NCBI GenBank assembly: GCA_964016885.1 | Contig: OZ024741.1 | Location: 297,228,001 to 297,292,000 of the forward strand | Length of the DNA stretch: 64,000 nucleotides | Reading direction: 5' to 3' | Source of the DNA: Eledone cirrhosa | Lineage: Eukaryota | Part shown: piece after piece, positions 53,101-64,000 of the stretch | How the letters are laid out: every line of letters starts with the position of its first letter | How positions within the stretch are numbered: the first letter of the stretch is position 1 | The notes under the pieces: model-generated | Told to the model about the DNA's origin: nothing | What the model saw: only the letters and a program-made list of their open reading frames with translations | Databases searched by the model: none | Made by a program: the position numbers and the translations under genes

Positions 53101-56100
53101 ATACATGCACACATATATATATGTACGTATGGATTCACCGAACATTCATTATAATGCTCGGTGTGTTTGTAAACAAACATCCCAAATTAAGCTGTACAGT
53201 GTCTAGCAACCATCGTTGCTCATTTGTTCAACACTGACAAAGGAACGCTGTACTAGTTTCAAGCTTATTAGCTATCGTCAGCAACGTATACCTTCCTGCC
53301 AGATGGTTGAACGTCTGAAAGTATATACTTAACTTATGCATATTAACAGCTGAGCAGCCTAATTTGCATATCGAGTGAGTTAATCGGCAATCTGGAGAAG
53401 AAAGATCTGGAAGCTGAAAGCCCCCTCAGCCAGTAACAGATTTAAAGATATTCTACTCGGTGCCTATTACAATAAAGAAGAACACTGGGAGTTTCTAAAG
53501 AATAACTTACTAAAGGCGATGGACGAGATCTGTGGTTGGAGCAAGACCACAGGGAGGAGGAGAGTGACTTGGTGATGGAACAATAAGGTAGATGAGGCAG
53601 TTAAGTCTAAGAGACAGGCATGGAAAGAATGGAAGAACGAGGGTAGCAGGGTACATTACATAGAGACCAGGAGGGAAGCTAGGCGACAAGTATATTTAGC
53701 TAGAAGGGAAGCAGAGGATAGAAAATTCAAGCATGTGAGGACCAGAAACAGGAGATGTTCAAGATTGCGAGGCAGTGTGTCAGAGAGAATTGTGATGTCA
53801 TTGGAGAGAAGTGTATCCGAATGATAAAGGTGAGCTTGCCCTCACAAGTGCCAAGAAGAAAGCTGCGTGGAAGAGCCATTATGAAAGATTACTAAACAAG
53901 GAGAATGCATGGGAAAAGGAGACCTTACCCCAAGCGGACCCTATAGAAGGGCCAGCAGTACAAGTCAGCAGCAGCGTAGAAAGTGAAGCAATCAAAGATA
54001 TGAAGACAGGGAAAGCAACCGGTCCATCGGGTACAGCTGCTGAGATGCTGAAGGGATCTGGGTCTATAGGTCACACTATAACCACACGTATTGTTAACCA
54101 GGTAATACTAGAGGGTGTCATACCAAAAGATTGGTGCAGTAGCAGCATTGTCAACTGCTACAAAGGTAAAGGTGATGTATTAGATAGAGGAAACTATAGA
54201 GGTATAAAGCTGATGGACCAGGTCATGAAAGTAACGGAAAGAGTTATAGCACAGTTGATTAGGGACCGGGTGAAACTAGATGAGATGCAATTTGGGTTTG
54301 TACTAGGAAAAGCACCACTGATGCCCTCTTACTTGTGAGGCAGTTACAGGAAAAGTACCTAGCTAAAAGTAAGCTGTTCTACCTGGCATTCGTCGATCTA
54401 GAAAAAGCCTTCGACAGAGTCCCCCGTGCTATAATCTGGGGGGCTCTTAGAAAATTAGGAGTAGATGTCAAAGCTGTACAAGCCATGTATAGAGGAGCAG
54501 TCAGCAAAGTTAGGGTTAGCAATGACTATAGCAAGGAATTTAGCATACAGGTTAGTGTCCACTAGGGCTCTGTTCTTAGCCCTCTCCTGTTCATTATAGT
54601 TTTGCAGGCAATAATGGAGGAGTTTAAGACCGGATGCCCATGGGAACTCCTATATGCGGATGATCTCGCACTTATAGCAGAATCTATGATGGAACTAGAA
54701 AAGAAATTCCAAGCATGGAAGCAGGGACTAGAAAGAAAAGGTCTCAAAGTCAACCTGACAAAGACTAAGGTTCTTGTAAGTAGACAAGAAAACAGAACTC
54801 AGATCCCCTCAGGGAAATGGCCTTGCTCAGTATGTAGAAAAGGTGTAGGTAGGAACTCCATTATCTGCCCCAAATGCAAACAATGGGTACATAAGAGATG
54901 TATTGGGATCTCAGGAAGCTTAACTAAGAATGTAGGCTTCATATGTAGCAGCTGTGCTGGGACAGCAAGCAGCAAACGGCCACAAGAAACAAGCACCACC
55001 AAACTCTGGGAGGGCTCTATAGAAACAGTAGACAGCTTCTGCTACCTAGGTGACCAAATTAGCAGTGGAGGTGGGTGTTCAGAAAGTACAATAACTAGGG
55101 TAAGATTGGGATGGAAGAAGTTCAAGGAGCTACTGCCACTGCTAGCTGAAAAAGGCTTTGTATACGAACAGCAATGTTACATGGTAGTGAGACCTGGGGG
55201 CTGTCTGTAGAAGACTTGCGCAGATTAGAAAGAAATGAAGCTTGCATGCTCCGATGGATGTGTAATAGTAATATACGTGAACGGCAAAGCATAAATGAAT
55301 TGAGAGAGAGACTGAGCATAAGAGGAATCAAATGCTGTGTACAGGAGAGGAGGTTATGTTGGTATGGACATGTGATGCGTATGAAGGATGACAGCTGCAT
55401 AAAAAGGTGCAGAGCACTAGAAGTCAATGGAAGCCGCGGAGTGGGGGAGACCCAAGAAGACCTGGGATGAGGTGATAAAAACCGACCTTACTCAATTGCA
55501 CCTCTCAATGACCGTGACCTCTGGCGTCACGCAGTAATACAGAAGACCCGACTTCCCACAGGAACAAGCCGAAGCTGAAGCATATAGATAATATGCCCCC
55601 ATCCCCTCCCACTGCAAAGTGGTCATGGGCGTCAGCAATCTGAGGTCTTCTCTCACCACCTCCGCCCATGTTTTTCGTGGTCTACCTCTACTGCGTCTTC
55701 CCTCAACTGGCATTTCTTGGCACTTCTTCACCCATTGGTCATCCTCCATGCGCATCACATGTCCATACCATCGCAGTCTCCTCTCCCACACACTACAATT
55801 TATCCATCTCAGACACAGTTTCTCTCTCAACACATCCATACTCGGTCGTTCACGCACATTGACATTACACATCCAATGGAGCATGCTTGCCTCATTTCTC
55901 ACCAGTTGCTGCCCATGTCTCACTACCATGCAGCATCGCACTCCTCACACAGGGCATCATATAACCATCCTTTCGTACGCAGGGAGAAACCCTTCTTCGT
56001 CAGCAGAGGAAGCAGCTCCCTAAACTTCTGCCAACCCGTCTTTATTCTAGATACTATGACCTCGGAACACCCCCCTCCATTGCTAATCTAATCACCTAGG

Positions 56101-57512
56101 TACCGGAAGCTATCAACCACTTCTATAGCACCCACCTGCATTTGAAAAATGTGTCTATCAATGCAACTTCTACTGTCAAATTTCCCTGTACATTTACTGC
56201 ATATGTATTTCTCCCTACCTATTAGTTTGCCTGCTATCCCACTACATCTCTTGTGTACCCAAGATCTGCATTGTGTACATTTTATAGAATTTATGCCAGT
56301 TCCTTTTCTGCATATCGAACATGGCCATTTCCCTGATGGAATCAGAGTTTTGTCCTCTTTTCTACTCATCAACACTTTTGTCTCAGCTAGGTTCACTCTC
56401 AGTCCTCTCGATTCCAACTGCTGTTTCCATAGCCAGAATTCATTCTCTAGTTCCTCTACTGATTCTGCTATAAGAACCAGATCATCAGCATAGAGAAGTT
56501 CCCATGGACAGCCAGTCTTAAACTCCTCTGTTATGGCTTGGAGGACTATAATGAACAAGAGCGGGCTGAGGACCGAACCCTGATGTACTCCTACTTGTAT
56601 CTGGAATTCCTCACTAAACTCCATTCCTACCCTCACTTTACTGACAGCAGCTCTGTACAAAGCTTGCACTGCCTTCACAAGCCATTCCTCAACACCTAGT
56701 TTCCTTAGGGACCACCAGATGACAGATCAGGGTACCCTATCAAAGGCCTTCTCTAGGTCAACAAAAACTAAGTATGGTGGCTTATTCTTCTCTAAGAACC
56801 TCTCTTGTAATTGTCTCACTAAGAAGAGGGCATCTGTTGTACTTTTCCCAGGCCCAAAACCAAACTGCATCTCATCTAATTTGACCCTTTCTCTAATTAG
56901 TTGCACTAATATCCTTTCTGCCACTTTCATAACCTGATCCATCAGTTTTATGTTTCTATAATTGCTCCTCTCCTTTACCTTTGTAGCAATTTATGAGAAT
57001 ACTGCTGCACCAGTCTTTGGGTATGTCACCATCATATATAGCCTGATTGATGATGCGTGCAACCAGTTTAGTGCCTACGTCCCCTGATGCCGTCAGCATC
57101 TCAGCAACTATCCCCAACAGTCCAGCGGCCTTTCCATTTTTCATTTCCTTAATCGCCTCTTGGACCCTATATTCGTCAATCTCAATAGCTGGTCCCTCTG
57201 TCTGGTCTACTGTGGGTAATTTCTCTCTCTCCCATTCGTTCTCCACATTCATCAGTCTCTCATAATGACATTATACTTATATATATATATATAGCTATAC
57301 TTATATATATATATATATATAATTGTTTCTACATTAGGCACAAGGCCAGCAAATACCCAGTGCATTACTGGTACTTTATTTTATCGACCCCGTAAGGATG
57401 AAAGGCAAAGATAATATTACTTCAAAATATTGATAAATATAGACACCTGTAGAGTGCTTATAATCTATTGTGAAACTTTATTCATTGATGAATTCATTGA
57501 ACCTTGTTAAAC

Positions 57513-57570
<58 letters not shown>

Positions 57571-60500
57571 CTATATATATGGTGGGTAATAATATATATT
57601 ACCCAGTTACAAGTATGAAAATAACTCGATGTAAAATAACAAATATAATACAGAGCTGAAATACAATGTAAATGACAATCAAAGAGTGTTTAAACTTTCA
57701 AACACTGATGATCATTTCATCCTAGCACAAGGCTGGGTTCATCAGAGTTGATAAATACATATTATGTATCCTCCTAATGTTCTTGAGACAAAGTTTTGAT
57801 CATATATTTGTGTTTAACTTTTGTTATCAACTTTCATGATTCTGGCCTTGTGCTAGGATGAAATGATCGTCAGTGATTAAATGTTTGAAAGTTTAATTTA
57901 AACACTCTTTGATTGTCATTTATATTGTGTGTGTGTGTGTATATATATATAAATATTTATTTATTTTTCTTTCTAGATTAGTAAAACTGGCTTCATTGAC
58001 ACCCTCCGAATATATGTGAAAAGTGGTGCTGGAGGGCAGGGGTTTGCTCGTTTAGGAGGAGTTGGAGGAGTAGGAGGGAATGTAATTCTGCATGCAGTTG
58101 ATCAACAAACCTTGAAACAGTTAAAACAGAAATATCCTTTAAAAAGATTTATTGCTAGCAATGGAAAAAATAGCACGTAAGTTTGTCCAGTTTGATATAA
58201 TCACCCTTCTGATATCAAACCACCTGGAATTGCACCTGATTTTATGATATAAGGTCATCTGTTTTAAAGTGTTTATATTTAAATTTAAACCTCCCATTAT
58301 CATTTTATGTAAGAAGATTTGTTAAATTGTATGCCAAACACCATCTTAATAATGAGAAACTTAGTTATGTTACTAAATCCCTGGAGTCTTGATTGTTTTC
58401 AAAATTATTTGGAAATTATAGGCAATGTTAGAAATATGGTAACAGTATAGTTGAAGCAAAGAGTTAAATAATTGTTTCTACTATTGGCACAAGGCCAGCA
58501 ATTACCCCAGTACATTACTGGTACTTTATTTTATCGACCCTGTAAGGATGAAAGGCAAAGTGAACCTCGGCGGGATTTGAACTCACACCATAAAGGGGCG
58601 TAACTCTATGCTGCAAAGCATGGCGTCCGACCTTCTACTGATACTTCCAATCCCCTGCCCTATAACAAAGAGTTAAATAATACAGGGAGGAGTGTTTGTT
58701 ATGTTTCTCAAATTGTTCGCCTTTGATTCTGAGCAAAAACTTTGTGAAATGTAACATGCTTATATTTATATAATATAAGGATGAAGAATAAAGATATGTG
58801 GCTTAGTGGTTAGAATGATTGGCTTATAACAGTGAGGTCATGAGTTTGAATCCCAGACCAGACAGCATATTGTGCCTGTGAGCAAGACACTTTATTTCAC
58901 ATTGCTCCAATCTGCTCAACTGGAAAAAAAGGAATTACAACACTAGTGTCAATCTATATCAGCCTTTGTTTTTCCATTGGACAACATCATGTAGTGTATA
59001 TATGCAACCTGGTCTCAATTCACAGTAAAAACAGTCACATAGTGTTTTAATACCTTTAAAAAGAGATGCATTCCACAACTCACATTGATATCCTTCATAC
59101 CTCTCTAATTTAAAAAAAAAAGTCTCTAAAGCCATAAAGCTTGTTAGGCTGGTGCTTATCCCTGTTTTGTGAAATGACTGGACAGGATGCCAATCCATTG
59201 CAGGGTTAAACCTCCCAGCTATTGCTGGTACTCATTTTCAGCTGAGAATACTGGAGCAATGTGAAATGAAGTGTTTTGCTCAAGAACACAACACACAGCC
59301 CAGCCCAGAAATCGAACCCACAACATTATGATCATAAGTCTAATACCCTTACCACTAGGCCACATGCTTTCACTAATTTAAGCATTAAAATAACATTTCT
59401 ATTTTCCCCCTTAATTCAGGAAAAGAGTTCTTATTGCAAAAAGCGGAGCTGAATTAAAAGTGAATGTACCAGTTGGTATTTCTGTGGAAACTGATCATGG
59501 AAGAGTTATTGGTAAGGATTAATCCAACATACTTTTATAAGTTTTGTAAAATCTTTATCTCTTATATAAATGTACTCTCGTGTCTCAAATATTCGTCCCT
59601 CTTCCCCCGCTTATTAATTTTTCAGATCCCCCCATATTATATTAAGTGGTAGGATTCCTGCAACAATTTCTTTTCTTTAGACTTAAAAATCATTATACAT
59701 CACCAAAAAATCCCATATGTTATAAAATAAATGGGATGGGTTGGGGTCTCAATATGTAAATGAAATGACTAATTCTGGTTTTTAAAAAAATCAATGGAGA
59801 CAACCTAGAAAAATTACCGATTTTCCACCCCCTCCACTTATTCCAACTTCCCCACATATTCCAACTCCCCACTCCAAGCCCTCGCTTATTCCCCCCTCCC
59901 TATTATTTGAGACGCGGGAGTATATGACTACAGAAACCATTCTTTCCTATGTAAACTGTGCTGCCTACTTTTGTTAATTATTTTAACTATTTAACTATGT
60001 CCAGCCCTTGCTAGCAGGGAGAACAGATATTAAATGATGATAGTGATGATGGTGGTGGTGGCAGTGAGGATGATGATGATTTTGGTGGTGGTGGTGATGA
60101 GGAGGAGGAGGAGGATTGAATAACTAAACATTTCAGGGTTTTTTTTTATAATTTTTAATTTATTAGAATAATTTATTTTGAATTTATTATTTTTCTCCAC
60201 GCAATGAGGGTGCATGACCTAGAGGTTAGGGTGTTGGACTCACAATCATAATGTCATGAGTTCAATTGAAGGGCTGGGTGGTGTGTTGTGTTCTTGAGCA
60301 AGATACTTCATTTGTTGTTTTTCATGATAGGACTGGGGCTCCTATCATTAACCCCCCCCCCCCCCCAAGAAACCTCCTATGCATTGCAGCCTCATAGGAA
60401 TCCAGCTAAACTTGCATAGGTGAGAGCTGTACATTTTTTTTTTCATTTTGGGTATAACTACATCTTTTTTTTTTTTCCAGGTTTCATAAAGGTTTTATCT

Positions 60501-61613
60501 TTCAAAAATTAAATTGTTAGTTTTTTTTTCTTTAATTAAAAATGGATGGACTTCCAGCCACAAAACCTAAAGGGAATTCTCTTCTCTCTCGTTTTCTAAA
60601 CAGGTGAACTTAATGAAACTGGACAAGAACTACTTGTGGCTAGTGGAGGTATTGGAGGCTCTTTGAATAATAAATTTCTTGGCCAGAAAGGTGAAATAAG
60701 AACTTTGAAACTTATCATGAAGTTAATCGCTGATGTCGGTTTTGTTGGGTAAGCACCTTTCTTAAAATCATTTCTTTTTGCTTTTTTTTATTCTATAATG
60801 TTAATATGTGGATGTATATATTTATGTTATGAGGGTTGGAGAAAAAACGTAAAGAGGAAGAGTGAGAGACTGTTTATCAGAAAGAAAATGGTAAGCATGA
60901 GAGACAGGAGAAAATACTGTTTACTGACAGTATATTACAAGGTTGAAGAGAGAAAAAAGTATGTTCATCAGAGAGGTAGTTGATACAAATAAGCAAGGAG
61001 AATAAAAAGGGAAAAAAACTATCACTAAAAACGTTGTATATATATATAAAGAAGTATTAAATCAATAAACGAATTGCATTCCACAGGACCTGTTGTGGAA
61101 GGTTCTGCAGGAGTATACCTTTTGTTATGTTACATATATCATATTGATAATGATATATTTAATAATTTTAGTAAATCTCTCCAAATAATTAATTAAAAGA
61201 GAGTGTATTTAATGAGAAATATGGTCATAAAAGGGTTAATTTTATGGTATGCAGGACATTTCTAATGAAAGGGACTGCCTATGGTTTTCAATTATTTTTT
61301 TTTAAATAATAAAAAAATATTTGGAAATATTTAGTAAAAATAAATAATTCTGTTTTAAAACAGGCAGTTTTGTATCAGGAAGTTTCAGGCAGATTGCTAT
61401 CATATGGGTTGATAATTATTTTTTATCAGTGTATTAATCAGCTAAATTTTGTACATTCTTTTGGGGTGGGGGTTGAATTTTCCCATTTTTATTGAACACA
61501 TTGAATATATCAAAGTTTTTCTCTATTTTTTCTTTTTAGTTTTCCAAATGCAGGAAAATCAACTCTTCTTCGAGCTCTGTCAAATGCTAAACCAGCTGTA
61601 GCTCCACTACCAT
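50080..61613 (+). CDS. GTPBP10: Obg-family GTPase GTPBP10 (ObgH2), exons 1-5; continues beyond window
   Basis: Exons 50080-50133, 57977-58176, 59420-59511, 60604-60748 and 61540-61613, all GT-AG and in phase. They encode the Gly-rich Obg fold (FIDTLRIYVKSGAGGQGFARLGGVGGVGGNV...VPVG) and the G1 motif KLIADVGFVGFPNAGKST. Confidence 0.93.
51269..52905 (+). mobile_element. 5'-truncated RTE LINE with 286-bp fold-back duplication at its 5' end
   Basis: ORF 51545-52510 is uninterrupted from DLTLIAES to the stop; 3'UTR and (GAT)n follow; 51269-51554 is the reverse complement of 51563-51848. Confidence 0.93.
52905..53388 (-). mobile_element. Retrozyme/Penelope-like 435-bp unit with 49-bp terminal direct repeat
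   Basis: 52905-52953 matches 53340-53388 with 2 mismatches; contains a hammerhead motif. Confidence 0.6.
53246..53286 (-). ncRNA. Minimal type-I hammerhead ribozyme
   Basis: Minus strand reads CGUUG-CUGACGA-U-AGCU-AAUA-AGCU-U-GAAA-CUAG-UA^CAGCG: 5-bp stem I, 4-bp stem II, palindromic ACUAGU stem III, GUA cleavage triplet. Confidence 0.72.
53390..55634 (+). mobile_element. RTE LINE, ~2.2 kb, frameshifted RT
   Basis: KGKGDVLDRGNYRGIKL, FVDLEKAFDRVP, WELLYADDL, PHD-like insert, FCYLGD. Confidence 0.92.
55635..57270 (-). mobile_element. RTE LINE of another subfamily, tail-to-tail with the previous copy
   Basis: GVHQGSVLSPLLF, WELLYADDL, PHD-like insert, FRYLGD, RGRPRKTW. Confidence 0.92.
57663..57928. 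repeat. Inverted repeat (~95-bp arms) carrying a hammerhead-like motif in each arm
   Basis: 57663-57754 versus 57824-57928; minus strand 57703-57750 reads CAACU-CUGAUGA-stem II-GAAAU-GAUC-AUC-AGU. Confidence 0.75.
57977..58176 (+). CDS. GTPBP10: GTPBP10 exon 2
   Basis: tag|ISKTGFIDTLRIYVKSGAGGQG...KRFIASNGKNS|gtaagt. Confidence 0.94.
59420..59511 (+). CDS. GTPBP10: GTPBP10 exon 3
   Basis: cag|KRVLIAKSGAELKVNVPVGISVETDHGRVI|gtaagg. Confidence 0.93.
59575..59920 (+). mobile_element. TA-flanked MITE (best-preserved TIRs)
   Basis: TA|CTCTCGTGTCTCAAATA...TATTTGAGACGCGGGAG|TA. Confidence 0.8.
60604..60748 (+). CDS. GTPBP10: GTPBP10 exon 4
   Basis: cag|(G)ELNETGQELLVASGGIGG...MKLIADVGFV(G)|gtaagc. 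Confidence 0.94.
61540..61613 (+). CDS. GTPBP10: GTPBP10 exon 5
   Basis: tag|FPNAGKSTLLRALSNAKPAVAPLP|gtaagt. Confidence 0.94.
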
Positions 61614-61954
61614 GTAAGTACTTTGTTTAAAATTCTCACCAGATAGCTCTTTTAATGCCAAACTGCCTGAAATTGCTCCTTGTTTTACAATACAAAGCTA
61701 TTTCTATTAAACTGTTTATATTTATAAAAAAATACAACTTCCATCATAAATTTATTTTAAAACCTTTGTTAAGTTATGTACCAATCAGCATCATCATTTT
61801 TACATCCATTTTTCCATCTTTGCATGGGTTGGATGGGTTCTTCTCAGCATGGCATCTCTCTACTCGTCGCATTCCTTTGTCATCTCCTCTTTAAGTCTCA
61901 GAGATTTGAAGTCAGCTCTCACAACCTCTGCCCAAGTCTTTCTTGGTCTATGAG

Positions 61955-62165
61955 ATTGGTGAGCCCAGACTAAGGCATCATTTGTAGTATTATGGATTGC
62001 CTCCAGGCTACCAGGAAAACGTTTGAGGGGGCAATCCCAAACAACATGTAGCATTGTCTGGTCAGGGACCCCACAGTCATATGCTGGGCTGTCTTTCATT
62101 TTCCATCAATGGAGATGATGGTCTGTCCTGGCATGTGTTGTGCGGATCTGATTAAGGGTTGGGTG
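61955..62165 (-). mobile_element. Ingi/Vingi-like LINE C-terminal fragment
   Basis: WKMKDSPAYDCGVPDQTMLHVVWDCPLKRFPGSL zinc-knuckle-like motif. Confidence 0.55.
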
Positions 62166-62219
62166 AAGGCTGGTCTATAACAGCCCACTAATTCTTATGC
62201 TGTCCAGAACATTTTTTTT

Positions 62220-64000
62220 ATAATAATAATAATGAAATTATTGTGTACACTGCTCAGGTGCACTACAACTCATCAAAGGTGCATGTATAGTACATAGAAT
62301 AATGTACAAATGTCAGGAAAATGAACAGTGTACGAGTCATGAAATACATGTGTGCGTGTGTATGTAGGAGGGACATCAGCTGTAGTGTTGGCGAATCTCA
62401 GGGAGCATGGAGGTTTTAAAGTATGCAGTGTCTCGACAGCTAATAACTGATGAAGGTAGTTTTTTCCATGCTTCAGCAACTCTGAGCTGAAAAAATGTTT
62501 CCGAAAGTCATGGGAGCTGTGCTGTTTTCTGACTTTGTAGGCAAGCCCACGTGTTTTAGACACATAGAAATCAAAAAGGTGCTCAGGGTTGTTGTTGGCA
62601 AGATGGTTAATAATTTTGTGGGTGTTTATCAAGTCAGTTGCCAGGGAAGCAAGGTGTTCAGAGTATGGTAGATGCCTGATGGAGGGTATTCGCTTGGACT
62701 CTGAACAGTTTCCAGGCAGTCAATGTTCTGAGCAAGATAGGGGTTCCAGACTGGTGATACAAATTCTAAGTGTGGCTGCACCATAGTTATATACAGCTTT
62801 AAATAGATAGCCAGAGAGCGGCTGACAAAGGTCTTGCTGAGTGATGCTATGACACCCTCAGCCTTCTTGACAATTTTAGAGACGTGCTTCGTCCAACGCA
62901 AATCGCTATTGACAGTAATGTCCAGGTTACGTTCACAAGAAGACTTCTTGATATTAGTGTTGTGGAGGGAGTATGTGGATGCTGGGTTTTTACTACCAAA
63001 ATACATGGTAGTACACTTGTCCACAGCCAACTTAAGTTGCCAGTCCGTGATCCATTGTTGCATTGTGTCCAGGTCAGATTGCAGGAAAGATCTATAGTGT
63101 TCAGGATCTGTCCTTTTTATTTCAGTACTGTGGCATTCTTTAAGTTGGCATCTATGTCATTAATATATGCCACAAACAAAAGGGGGCCAAGAACAGATCC
63201 CTTTGGTACACCAGATGACATCTCATACGGTGAGGAATGCTGTCCTAGAACTGTGACTACCTCTCTTCGACTGAGAATGAAGGACTTCAACCAGTTAAAA
63301 AGATCATCCTTCATACCCATTGCAAAGAGTTTTGCCATAAGTTTTTTGTGTGGCACAGAATTGAAAGCTTTAGCAAAGTCAAGGTAAACAACATCCACCC
63401 ATGAGCCGCCATCAGTGATCCGGGTGATGTCTTCAAGAAACTCGATAAGTTGATCACAGCAGCTGGAGTTAGGGATAAATCCAAATTGCAAGGGCTGGAT
63501 AAGACTGTGAGAGTTCCAAAGTGTTTCTCTGACACAGGATTCTATCAGTTTGGCAATACAGCTAGTAAGACTGACTGGACGATAGTTGACAGGTGATGTG
63601 CGGTCACCCTTTTTGAACAGAAGAATGACACTGGCAGTTTTCCACTGCTCTCGAGTAGCACTGTTGTTCAGACAGAATTGGAAGAAGCAGGTACGTAACA
63701 CCATCAAGACCAGGAGAGTTGCGTTTATTTTTAAGGTGACGTCGCAGCATTGCAGGTGTAAATTCCATAGTTGTAATAGAATCTGATGTCAGAGGTGGTG
63801 GAGATGGTACACTCTGGTCTTCAACAGTGAAAATGCCTGCATAGCATTCAGCAATGAGTTCTGCGCATTCCTTGGGGTCCTCGGTAACCTGGCTTGTGTG
63901 GAGATTGTGAAGAGGACCAACTGGAGAGTGAGGCTTCTGCTTTGAGTGAACATACTTCCAGAACACCTTACTGTCAGGGTTGGTTGCTATGCGCTGCTCA
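62220..64000 (-). mobile_element. CR1-type LINE (RT and 3' end; continues beyond right edge)
   Basis: FKKGDRTSPVNYRPVSLTS, VDVVYLDFAKAFNSVPH, SGVPKGSVLGPLLFVAYIND; (ATT)n tail. Confidence 0.92.

Overview
AT-rich, repeat-dense animal genomic DNA. The repeat families and (TA)n tracts suggest a mollusc, most likely an octopus; this is inference. Four host genes can be reconstructed by hand from splice signals and translation. (1) An HDGF/LEDGF-family PWWP gene on the - strand, with exons 1-2 separated by a ~16.4 kb intron and continuing off the left edge. (2) An intronless 6-phosphogluconolactonase, PGLS (+). (3) A complete 11-exon ISY1 (-, 287 aa). (4) The first five exons of the Obg-family GTPase GTPBP10 (+), head-to-head with ISY1 across ~400 bp. 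The rest is mostly transposon debris: RTE LINEs of several subfamilies, CR1-type, HERO-type and Ingi/Vingi-type LINE fragments, tRNA-derived SINEs, mariner/Tc1 relics, and TA- and TTAA-type MITEs. The most notable observations are: minimal type-I hammerhead ribozyme motifs in introns, one inside a 435-bp retrozyme/Penelope-like unit, with intact cores only antisense to the host genes; a C4HC3 PHD-type finger inserted inside the RT domain of the RTE elements; a 286-bp-arm fold-back palindrome centred on the RT YADD motif; and inverted repeats bracketing a frame-symmetric block of ISY1 exons. All alignments were done by eye, and repeat boundaries are approximate.
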